From contig CAVVCD010000049.1 in NCBI GenBank assembly GCA_963746565.1, positions 3,249 to 67,248 of the forward strand: 64,000 bases of DNA, in the 5' to 3' direction. Shown piece by piece: positions 28,523 to 36,759 of this stretch. The DNA is from an uncultured delta proteobacterium (GTDB lineage: Bacteria; Desulfobacterota; Syntrophorhabdia; Syntrophorhabdales; Syntrophorhabdaceae). Position numbers and translations under genes: made by a program. Under the pieces are notes generated by a model. That model was given only the letters and a program-made list of their open reading frames with translations. It ran no database searches and was not told the origin of the DNA. How positions within the stretch are numbered: the stretch's first letter is position 1; every line of letters starts with the position of its first letter.

Positions 28523-30399
28523 GGTCTCTTCTCCGCACTTCTTATCACAATAGCGTCACCGGCGATGGCCTCAAAACGGCAAATCTCGTAACAGGATCGG
28601 CACTTTATACATTTGCTGGCGTCGAGGTTGTGAGGTTCAGATCGTGGCCCGGTGATTGCGCCCGTCGGACAAGCCCTCACACACGATTGGCAACCGGTAC
28701 ACTTTTCTTTAATAACCCGGTACTCGATCAGGTCCTTACACACAGTGGCCCGGCAACGGTTGTCTTTTATGTGCTCAAGGTATTCATTCCTGAAATACCG
28801 AAGCGTTGTGAGGACAGGGTTTGGCGCCGTCTGACCGAGGCCGCAGAGGGAGCCCTTTTTGATGGTATCGCCCAGGGTTCGCAAGGCCAGGAGGTCTTCC
28901 GGTGTACCCTCGCCGTGGGTAATCTTTTCTAGTATCTCCACCATGTGCCTTGTTCCCACGCGACACGGGACACATTTGCCACACGACTCTTTCTGGGTAA
29001 AATCGAGGAAATACCTGGCAATGTCCACGATGCACGTATCATCGTCCATGATAATGAGACCACCGGATCCCATGATAGAACCCGCAGATGCCAGGGATTC
29101 ATAATCGACAGGGAGGTCAAGAAATTCCTCAGACAGGCAGCCTCCGGATGGTCCCCCTGTTTGAATCGCCTTGAAATTCTTCTGAACACCGCCCCCGATA
29201 TCGAAAATAATCTCCCGGAGTGTGGTGCCGAGCTGAACTTCAATCAACCCCGGACGTCGTATTTTGCCGACAAGAGAGAAGGTCTTTGTTCCCCGGTTTC
29301 CCTCCTTGCCGTATTTTGTGTACCACTCTGCCCCATTGCGCAGTATATTCGGGAGCGTTCCCATTGTCTCTACGTTGTTGATAATTGTCGGGGATCCGTA
29401 GAGCCCTGATATGGCAGGAAATGGTGGACGGGAACGGGGCATTCCCCGTTTCCCCTCTATGGAACCGATAAGCGCAGTCTCTTCACCGCACACAAAAGCA
29501 CCTGCGCCCTCCTTGATCTTAATCTCAAAACTGAACTTCGAGTCAAGAATCTTGTCGCCAAGGAGCCCGTATTCCCGCATCTGTGCTATGGCGTTTTTGA
29601 GCCGTTCTATGGCGAGGGGGTATTCAGCCCTGATGTAGATGATGCCCTTGCTTGCCCCGATAGCGTACCCGGCAATCAGCATTCCCTCAAGTACCGCGTG
29701 GGGATCCGATTCGATAAGTGACCTGTTCATGAACGCCCCGGGGTCACCTTCGTCGGCGTTGCATATGAGGTACTTTTGTTCACCCGGCGCATTCCTGCAG
29801 ACAGTCCATTTCTTGAAGGTTGGAAAACCGGCACCGCCCCGGCCCCGCAAACCTGCCTGGCGGACCACACCGATCACATCATCAGGAGACATTTTTAATG
29901 CATTCATCAAACCCTGGTAGCCGTCAAGAGCAAGATACTGATCGATGTCTTCCGGGTCGACAAAACCGCAGTTACGTAATACAATCCTTACCTGCGGCTT
30001 GAGCATGGGAAGGTCAAAGAACCTCGGAACGTCATGAAAAGATTCTTTTCCGAAATTTCCCAGGGCAAGCTTCGCATGAGGAACGCCTCCCAGCAACTCG
30101 GATTTGAGGATAATGGGAAGTGTTTTTTCCGTGACGTTGTTGTAGCTCACCCGGGGTTGCCCGGGAAGCTTTATATCCATAAGAGGTTCCAGGTAGCAAG
30201 GCCCGATACATCCAACCTGGATAACCTTGGCAGAAACCTTGTTTTCTATAAGAAATTCATCGATCCCCTTCAGTACGTCCAGTGCTCCTGCTGCCCTCCC
30301 ACAGGATGCTGCCCCTACATAGATGATAGGGTCCTTGTTGTTCTCAAGCTCCTCCCATTTTTTCTTAGCCAGTGATATTTTTTTATTTAGCTTATTCAT
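28519..30399 (-). CDS. NuoF/HydB-like NAD(H)-binding flavoprotein, bifurcating type, with an extra N-terminal thioredoxin-like domain and a C-terminal 2x[4Fe-4S] domain
   Basis: GRGGAGFPT (FMN/NADH), ESCGKCVPCRVG (N3 cluster), and C-terminal CTGCQSCVRACP and CIKCRSCYEIC. Confidence 0.88.
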   Translation of the reverse strand: MNKLNKKISLAKKKWEELENNKDPIIYVGAASCGRAAGALDVLKGIDEFLIENKVSAKVIQVGCIGPCYLEPLMDIKLPGQPRVSYNNVTEKTLPIILKSELLGGVPHAKLALGNFGKESFHDVPRFFDLPMLKPQVRIVLRNCGFVDPEDIDQYLALDGYQGLMNALKMSPDDVIGVVRQAGLRGRGGAGFPTFKKWTVCRNAPGEQKYLICNADEGDPGAFMNRSLIESDPHAVLEGMLIAGYAIGASKGIIYIRAEYPLAIERLKNAIAQMREYGLLGDKILDSKFSFEIKIKEGAGAFVCGEETALIGSIEGKRGMPRSRPPFPAISGLYGSPTIINNVETMGTLPNILRNGAEWYTKYGKEGNRGTKTFSLVGKIRRPGLIEVQLGTTLREIIFDIGGGVQKNFKAIQTGGPSGGCLSEEFLDLPVDYESLASAGSIMGSGGLIIMDDDTCIVDIARYFLDFTQKESCGKCVPCRVGTRHMVEILEKITHGEGTPEDLLALRTLGDTIKKGSLCGLGQTAPNPVLTTLRYFRNEYLEHIKDNRCRATVCKDLIEYRVIKEKCTGCQSCVRACPTGAITGPRSEPHNLDASKCIKCRSCYEICRFEAIAGDAIVIRSAEKRP

Positions 30400-30841
30400 A
30401 GTCTTTTAATTGCTCCGTTAGTTTGTTTACTGTCACCCTGCTGTATATCTCTTTATCTATCTGGACAACAGGGGACAATGCGCAGCAGCCGAGGCAGGCA
30501 ACCCTCTCCAGGTCATACCGTTTGTCCGGTGTTGTTTCGCCGCAACTGATACCTAACCCTCGCTCCAGCATCTCAAGCAAGGTGGCGCCTCCCCTAACGT
30601 GGCAAGCTGTACCGAGACAGACTTTTACCGCGTGACGGCCTGGTACGGTGAATCGAAACTGCGCATAGAACGAAGAAACACCATAGATCTGGTTTTCTGT
30701 GATGCGGAGATATCTCGAAATCCTTTTTACCGATTCAGGAGAAATGTATCCGTACTCTTTTTGCACATCCTGCAGAATCGGTATTAACTCATCCTGTTTC
30801 CTGTTGTGTCTTGCAAAAATTGTCTCGATCGGTTCAGGCAT
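30392..30841 (-). CDS. NuoE/HydC-like thioredoxin-fold [2Fe-2S] subunit
   Basis: CLGTACHV...CLGCC cluster motif. Start set at ATG 30841, preceded by AAGGAGAG. The ORF-track extension to 30949 has no support. Confidence 0.85.
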   Translation of the reverse strand: MPEPIETIFARHNRKQDELIPILQDVQKEYGYISPESVKRISRYLRITENQIYGVSSFYAQFRFTVPGRHAVKVCLGTACHVRGGATLLEMLERGLGISCGETTPDKRYDLERVACLGCCALSPVVQIDKEIYSRVTVNKLTEQLKDYE

Positions 30842-31010
30842 AGTGCTCTCCTTAAGACCACGCTTTACGTGGGTACTGGAATTTGAAACATTGAGTAAGT
30901 ACTTTCTTGTTCCACAGAGATGTGGCGTTTGATTGAAATGGATAAACAAAAAGGGCTTCTTTCCCTTTTACCATAACCCCCCTTTTACACCAACTACAAC
31001 AACTACACCA

Positions 31011-31039
31011 TTTTTAGTAAATCGGACAATTTATGTCAA
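31011..31039 (-). promoter_or_regulatory. Candidate sigma70-like promoter TTGACA-17 nt-TAAAAA for the nuoE-like operon
   Basis: On the minus strand, -35 is at 31039-31034 and -10 at 31016-31011. This implies a leader of about 160 nt. Confidence 0.3.
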
Positions 31040-31091
31040 GTACTTTATTTTCACAAATGCGTTTAATGATTTTTTGACCTTAGCCTTATGC

Positions 31092-32624
31092 CTATAGGGT
31101 TATCCTTTTATCAAGTACACGGTACTGAATAGCCTCTGCCACGTGGGACTCAACGATCTGTTCACCGTTCTCCATATCCGCTATGGTTCTGGCAACACGA
31201 ATAATCCTGTGATATGCCCGTGGTGAGAGACCGAATTTTTCAACGGCTTTTTCAAGGAGGTTCTTCCCGTTCTCTGTCAAGGGGCAGTATTTTTTGATCA
31301 TTCGCGCACCCATCTGGCCGTTGGCGTATATCTTCTTTTCTCTGAACCTTTCCTCCTGGGCCTTGCGAGCCTTCACTACCCGTTCCCTTATTTTATCTGA
31401 CGGCTCCTCATCTTTATCCATGGAGAGCTCCCTGATTGTCACAGGAGGGACTTCAACGTGGATGTCTATCCTGTCTAAGAGAGGTCCTGAAATCCTCGAT
31501 CTGTAGCGGTGAATCTGAGATCCCGTGCATGTACACGACCGTCTCGTGTCTCCCCAGTAGCCGCATGGACAGGGATTCATGGCAGCAATAAGCATGAAAC
31601 GTGCCGGGAAGGTGATAGCATGGGTTACCCGGGAAACAGTCACATCACCATCTTCAAGGGGTTGACGCAATGCTTCGAGGACATTTCTTTTAAATTCCGG
31701 GAATTCATCGAGAAAAAGTACCCCGTTATGGGCAAGACTCACCTCGCCTGGTTTCGGGACATGGCCTCCCCCAACGAGGCCTGCATCAGATATTGTGTGA
31801 TGGGGTGTCCTGAATGGTCTATCCAAAACAAGAAATTTGCTGGCATTTAAAAGGCCGGCAATGCTATGAATTTTTGTCGTCTCTATGGCCTCATCGTAAC
31901 TCAGAGGAGGCATTATGGTTGGAATCCTTCTGGCGAGCATCGTCTTTCCCGACCCCGGCGAACCAATCATCAGGAGGTTGTGACTTCCGCTTGCAGCTAT
32001 CTCAAGAGCCCTTTTTGCCTGTGCTTGACCTTTAATATCGGAAAAATTGAGGCCCCTATCGTTCCTGCTATGCTCATGATCCGTATCCGTTCCCCCAAAC
32101 TCCTCGAGGGAACCATCACCCTTAAGGAAGTGAACAATCTCAAGAAGGTGTTTTGCTCCAAAGACCCTGACACCTTGTACAACCGACGCCTCCCTGCCGT
32201 TCTCATATGGTACAATGATGTTGCGCACCCCCTCCTTACCGGCCAGTATAGCCGTCGGCAGGATTCCCCGTACACTCTTGATCCGTCCATCGAGCGAAAG
32301 TTCTCCTGCAATAAGATAATTCTTTGTGGCTTCCTTTTTTAAGATATTTAAGGAGGTAAGGATTCCGATTGCTATGGGCAGGTCGAACGATGAACCTTCT
32401 TTCCTCACGTCTGCCGGAGCCAGGTTTATTGTTATCCTGTCATTGGGAAATTCAAACCCCGCGTTCCTGATGGCTGATCTAACCCTCTCCTTACTTTCTT
32501 TTACAGAAGTTTCTGGAAGACCGACAATATTGAAGGCCGGAAGACCCATAGAAATGTCTACCTCCACATCGATCTTGATGCCATCAATACCATAAATCGT
32601 CGCAGTTGTTATTTTTGAAATCAT
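31092..32624 (-). CDS. comM: YifB/ComM-family Mg-chelatase-like AAA+ protein
   Basis: N-terminal Lon-protease-like domain, Walker A GSPGSGKT, VLFLDEFPEF and a C-terminal ChlI-like region. Confidence 0.88.
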   Translation of the reverse strand: MISKITTATIYGIDGIKIDVEVDISMGLPAFNIVGLPETSVKESKERVRSAIRNAGFEFPNDRITINLAPADVRKEGSSFDLPIAIGILTSLNILKKEATKNYLIAGELSLDGRIKSVRGILPTAILAGKEGVRNIIVPYENGREASVVQGVRVFGAKHLLEIVHFLKGDGSLEEFGGTDTDHEHSRNDRGLNFSDIKGQAQAKRALEIAASGSHNLLMIGSPGSGKTMLARRIPTIMPPLSYDEAIETTKIHSIAGLLNASKFLVLDRPFRTPHHTISDAGLVGGGHVPKPGEVSLAHNGVLFLDEFPEFKRNVLEALRQPLEDGDVTVSRVTHAITFPARFMLIAAMNPCPCGYWGDTRRSCTCTGSQIHRYRSRISGPLLDRIDIHVEVPPVTIRELSMDKDEEPSDKIRERVVKARKAQEERFREKKIYANGQMGARMIKKYCPLTENGKNLLEKAVEKFGLSPRAYHRIIRVARTIADMENGEQIVESHVAEAIQYRVLDKRITL

Positions 32625-32661
32625 GACCCCCCCGTTGTGCTTTAGAACGAAGACGACACCG

Positions 32662-32717
32662 TTGAGAAGATAGGAAGCTTAGAACTTATGAAAAAACTAA
32701 GGTTCTTAACTTCTCAA
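32662..32717 (-). repeat. Imperfect palindrome built from gagaag/ttaagaac words
   Basis: TTGAGAAG (32662-32669) pairs with CTTCTCAA (32710-32717), and an inner ttagaactt/aaggttcttaa pairing follows. The right arm contains the manC stop codon. No T tract. Confidence 0.5.
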
Positions 32718-33778
32718 TTTCTAGGCAGCATCGTTCTGTCCTTCTTCTTCGCCTCCACGAGACGTGCTATCTCACGTACCTCCTGTGCCCTGTCGGCGTC
32801 ACATACAAGGACCCCATCCTTGGAAGCAACAATCACCATGTTGGACACTCCTATGACGCCAACTTTCAACCCGTCGCTGCAAATAACCGAATTCTTTGTT
32901 TCAAGACAGATAGTGTCGCCTGAGCAATAATTCCCATTCTCATCCAGATCTTTAACCCTCAGAAGAGAAGACCACGTTCCTACATCGTCCCAGGTAAATT
33001 CACCCGGTATCATGAGGACATTATCGGCTTTTTCCATCAATCCGTAGTCTACTGATTTACGGACAAGGTTTGAATATATTTCTGCAAAACATCCCTCATT
33101 ACGAGCAGCCAATGCCTCTTGTATTGCCAGGAGACCACTATAGAGCTCGGGCATGTGCTGTGCAATTCCTGCAAGAACAGTCTTTACCTTCCAGATAAAC
33201 ATTCCTGCGTTCCAGAAGTAATTGCCTTCTTCCAGATATTGTTGTGCCCGATTGGCGTCGGGCTTCTCAACGAACCTTTCTACCCTGAGACAAGTCCCGC
33301 TGTCTGAGGAAAAAACCGGTTCATGGGCGTTAATATATCCATACCCTGTCTCTGGCCTACCTGGTTTAATACCTATAGTCACGAGGTAGTCACCCCTGCC
33401 CGCAATTTCTGCCCCATACGAGACAGTCTTTACAAAATGGTCACTGTCCGGGATAAAATGATCGGCTGGTAACACAATCATAACTGCCTGGGGGTCTAAC
33501 CCCAGCAGTGAAATTGCCGCAAAACCAATACATGGGGCCGTATCCCTGCCCTCCGGTTCCACCAGAAAATTAGCTGCAGGCAGATCCGGCAGTTGCTCTC
33601 TTGCAATATCAGCATGAGACGTACCGAGAACGATGAAAATCCGCTCCATAGGCAATAGCCTGTTGACTCTCTCAACGGTAAGCTGAATCATTGTCTTGGT
33701 GCCGAGTATCCTGAGAAATGGTTTGGGCATGCTGTCGGCACTTAAGGGCCAGAACCTCTCTCCCCTACCCCCGGCCAT
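32714..33778 (-). CDS. manC: Mannose-1-phosphate guanylyltransferase
   Basis: IMAGGRGERFWPLS, the nucleotidyltransferase fold and a C-terminal beta-helix region. Alternative start at ATG 33853 would add 25 aa encoded largely by a heptamer array. Confidence 0.8.
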   Translation of the reverse strand: MAGGRGERFWPLSADSMPKPFLRILGTKTMIQLTVERVNRLLPMERIFIVLGTSHADIAREQLPDLPAANFLVEPEGRDTAPCIGFAAISLLGLDPQAVMIVLPADHFIPDSDHFVKTVSYGAEIAGRGDYLVTIGIKPGRPETGYGYINAHEPVFSSDSGTCLRVERFVEKPDANRAQQYLEEGNYFWNAGMFIWKVKTVLAGIAQHMPELYSGLLAIQEALAARNEGCFAEIYSNLVRKSVDYGLMEKADNVLMIPGEFTWDDVGTWSSLLRVKDLDENGNYCSGDTICLETKNSVICSDGLKVGVIGVSNMVIVASKDGVLVCDADRAQEVREIARLVEAKKKDRTMLPRN

Positions 33779-33808
33779 GATGATACAGTAAGTGTGCTCT
33801 AAAACATT

Positions 33809-33838
33809 GGCGATGGGCGATGGGCGATGGGCGATGGG
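33809..33838. repeat. Perfect heptamer array (ggcgatg) x4
   Basis: Units at 33809-33836, plus 2 further nt. Confidence 0.85.
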
Positions 33839-33861
33839 TAAATTAGCTTCCATATCTCCTA

Positions 33862-33896
33862 CTATGAGCTGATAGCTTACAGCTATGGGCTATGAG
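33862..33896. repeat. Degenerate heptamer array ctNNNNg x5 (ctatgag ctgatag cttacag ctatggg ctatgag)
   Basis: Strict 7-nt periodicity. Ends 3 nt from the cobB stop at 33899. Confidence 0.7.
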
Positions 33897-33898
33897 CT

Positions 33899-34633
33899 TT
33901 AATCCATATATTCAAGTATTCGAGGCAAAATCTCCGATGCGTTGCCTTTTAGAAAGTGGTCGGTTATGGACGAAGTAAAAGACGTATCCTCCACGTTTAT
34001 CTCGATAATTGTTGCCCCCTTTGACTTTGCCGTGAATGGAATCTCTGCCGCAGGATAGACAACGCCGGATGTTCCGATGATGAGTAAAGTATTGCACACG
34101 TCTGCTTCTTCATTTGCCCTGATAGCCGCAACCATGGGAATACCCTCACCAAAAAATACAACATCAGGCTTAAGGGCAGTATTACATTTCTCACATTTTG
34201 GGTAAGGGCGGATGCTGACAACTTCACGGGCAAGGGGGATTCTTTTCGAACAATTCGGGCAAATTAGCCACCTGTGGTTGCCATGGTATTCGATCACATT
34301 GGTATTTCCCGCCTCCTGGTGAAGACCATCGACATTTTGCGTTATTACTGCCTTAAGGATACCCTTTTTTTCCAAGGCTTCCAGGGCAAGGTGCGCCGCG
34401 CTCGGTTTTGATTCAAAGATTACCTCTGACATCTCCCTGAGCATCACCCAAACCTTTTCCGGGTTATGGTAAAAGGCCCGTATTTCGGCATATTCCATTG
34501 GGTCATATTTCTCCCACAATCCCTGACCTCCCCTGAAGGCAGGAATGCCGCTGTCAACAGATATGCCGGCACCGGTAAATGCAACCATATAACCCTTCTC
34601 CTTGATAAGTTTTGCCAATCGCTTTATAGTCAT
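33899..34633 (-). CDS. cobB: NAD-dependent protein deacylase (Sir2 family)
   Basis: GAGISVDSGIPAFRG, QNVDGLH, catalytic HG and a Zn ribbon (CPNC...CEKC). Confidence 0.88.
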   Translation of the reverse strand: MTIKRLAKLIKEKGYMVAFTGAGISVDSGIPAFRGGQGLWEKYDPMEYAEIRAFYHNPEKVWVMLREMSEVIFESKPSAAHLALEALEKKGILKAVITQNVDGLHQEAGNTNVIEYHGNHRWLICPNCSKRIPLAREVVSIRPYPKCEKCNTALKPDVVFFGEGIPMVAAIRANEEADVCNTLLIIGTSGVVYPAAEIPFTAKSKGATIIEINVEDTSFTSSITDHFLKGNASEILPRILEYMD

Positions 34634-34753
34634 CCATTATGTTCTACGCCCTTTTTCTCTTTCTTGGCTAATTGTTTTCTTAACTTCTCGCCTTTATAAT
34701 TTCTATCTTTATTTTTTCTCAGACTAACTCAACTTCAATCTGCGCTCAGGTTT

Positions 34754-35731
34754 TTACGCTGTTTTCCACCCTTTTGTAATATCCTTGAAGGCAGGCAGGA
34801 TACCGAAACCATCTGCTTTTTTTACAGCCCTCTTGATGGCCTCTGCAATAACAAACTCTCCGAGAACACCAACGAGGTTGATATCTGCCTCGCACTCACC
34901 AGTCGCAAGGGCAAATACAAGATCACCATCAAAGGTAGTATGTACAGGGCTTATGGTCTTGATAAGTCCCCCTTGCGCCATCTGAGCTATTTTAGTGATT
35001 CCTTTCTTGTCAAATTTTGCGTTCGTGGCAACAACACCAAGAGTCGTATTCACAAGGCCAAATTGCTTCTTTACGGCACCCTTTTTAATACTTTCCACTG
35101 TGTTGGCAAACTCAAGGCTCTCAGGGGACACCCTGGCGCCTGCTATAATCTTTCCCGTCACATTATCAATAATATCGCCAAAGGCATTCACAACCACGAG
35201 GCTTGCTACTGTGAGACCGTCCGGCATGACAATGCTGCTCGTGCCAACGCCACCCTTCATGGCCCTTGAAATCTCAAAGATCTTTCCTACGGCAGCACCG
35301 GTACCAACGCCGACACTTCCTTCTTCGACGGTCTCCTGTGCATTCACGCAGGCCTCATAGCCCATCTCCGGAGTGGGTCTCACCTTCGGATCACCGAAAA
35401 AGATATCAAAAATAACAGCAGTAGGGACAATTGGTATTTTCGTCGGCCCTACATCAAAACCTATCCCCTTTTCCTCAAGGTAGCGCATAACGCCCGTAGC
35501 AGCATCAAGGCCGAACGAACTGCCTCCGGATAAGAGGATTGCGTGAACATGTTCAACGATGTGGCTAATGCTCAAGGCATCAACCTGTCGGGTACCTGAT
35601 GCACTTCCACGAATGTCTATGCCACAGGTTGCCCCTGCTTCGCAGAGGATTACCGTACAACCGGTATAACCATCGTAATTCGAGGCATGGCCTACCTTTA
35701 AACCTTTTACATCAGTAATCGAGTTTCGCAT
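34754..35731 (-). CDS. Peptidase family S58/P1 (DmpA-like aminopeptidase)
   Basis: ITDVKGLKVGH..TGCTVI N-terminus and a GGSxFGL-type region (LSGGSSFGLDA). Confidence 0.75.
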   Translation of the reverse strand: MRNSITDVKGLKVGHASNYDGYTGCTVILCEAGATCGIDIRGSASGTRQVDALSISHIVEHVHAILLSGGSSFGLDAATGVMRYLEEKGIGFDVGPTKIPIVPTAVIFDIFFGDPKVRPTPEMGYEACVNAQETVEEGSVGVGTGAAVGKIFEISRAMKGGVGTSSIVMPDGLTVASLVVVNAFGDIIDNVTGKIIAGARVSPESLEFANTVESIKKGAVKKQFGLVNTTLGVVATNAKFDKKGITKIAQMAQGGLIKTISPVHTTFDGDLVFALATGECEADINLVGVLGEFVIAEAIKRAVKKADGFGILPAFKDITKGWKTA

Positions 35732-35762
35732 TGCTTCACCTTATCAAAACGTGTTTGTATTG

Positions 35763-36263
35763 CTATTTATCAAGGAAGTCGATTAATTTCTTAGACTTAT
35801 CCTCGTTTTGTTTTTTCATGTCCGTTTTCATTTTCTCAAGTTTTTTTCTGACCTCATCATATTTTATGGACAGTATTTTGCATGCGAGGATTGCTGCATT
35901 TCTCGAAGCATCAATCCCCACTGTAGCAACAGGGATGCCCTTTGGCATTTGAACGATTGATAGCAGGGCATCTACACCATTCAGGACTCCTCCGCTCGTG
36001 GGAACTCCGATTACAGGGATGGTTGTATGTGATGCTATAACTCCCGGCAAATGGGCTGCCATACCCGCGACAGCGATGATGACCTCAAACCCCTCTTTTC
36101 TTGCCTTTTGAGCATAGTTGACCGTCTTCTCCGGTTGACGGTGGGCAGAAGATATATCGAGCTTAAATGGCACACCTATGTCTTTCAGAAACTTCAGACC
36201 ATCCTGAACCACGGGAAGGTCACTGTCGCTTCCTATGAGAACAAGGATTTTTGGTTTTTCCAT
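35763..36263 (-). CDS. purE: N5-carboxyaminoimidazole ribonucleotide mutase
   Basis: GSDSDLPV, SAHR, AGMAAHLPGV and PVIGVP motifs. ATG 36263 has an AAGGAG SD. Confidence 0.88.
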   Translation of the reverse strand: MEKPKILVLIGSDSDLPVVQDGLKFLKDIGVPFKLDISSAHRQPEKTVNYAQKARKEGFEVIIAVAGMAAHLPGVIASHTTIPVIGVPTSGGVLNGVDALLSIVQMPKGIPVATVGIDASRNAAILACKILSIKYDEVRKKLEKMKTDMKKQNEDKSKKLIDFLDK

Positions 36264-36354
36264 GGATTCTCCTTTTTCCAGTTTGATTGCGATCAATTAT
36301 CATACAAAAAAACTATTATTTTTTCTATACAATAGATAAAGCAAGTTTCAAGGG

Positions 36355-36650
36355 TCAAAGGAGAAATAGTTCGGAGTTATGAGTTCGGAGTAACAAGCAG
36401 TAAAAAAACCGATGGATGACGGACGAACGTCCTATTCTGATATACGGAAAAAAAGGAGGGGGCGACCCCGCTGATGGCGGGACAGGCGCAAGCCCCAGTG
36501 ACAAAGGAAGGTCAAGGGCGAGAATCACGAACACAAACCCAGTAAGCATCTATATTAGCGAACACAGTTCGCGAGAAGGGGAGGCTCCACGGGCTTGGCT
36601 CGTGGAGGGGGCGACCCCGCTGATGGCGGGACAGGCGCAAGCCCCAGTAA
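36355..36650 (+). repeat. Mosaic intergenic repeat cluster, copy 2
   Basis: agttcgg/agttatg/agttcgg heptamers (36368-36388), aacaagcagtaaaa, a ggacgaacgtcc palindrome, module A (36456-36498), a GCGAAC-aca-GTTCGC hairpin, module B (36573-36610) and a second module A (36605-36647). Confidence 0.85.
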
Positions 36651-36759
36651 TGGGTGTGATATTTTCGGTTGCAAATTTGTTCTCATTGCGTGAAAATAAA
36701 ACTGCCGGCGGTCCCCGTACAAAACAATACATGGCGCTTGAAACACAGGAGAATACAAC

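Noticed and set aside
31039-31057. Rex-type operator in the nuoE-like operon promoter region.
   Set aside because: Only a TTCACAA half-site is present. The expected TTGTGAA partner 4 nt upstream is absent.
33809-33896. Possibility that the short tandem repeats or module A/B copies form a CRISPR array.
   Set aside because: Units are 7-8 nt or about 43 nt, without regularly sized unique spacers. There are only 2-6 units per locus and no cas genes in the window.
33899-34633. The Sir2-family gene as a defence effector (Thoeris/DSR-like).
   Set aside because: It is a compact 244-aa canonical CobB with an intact Zn ribbon and no fused sensor or effector domain. It has no partner gene and sits among housekeeping genes.
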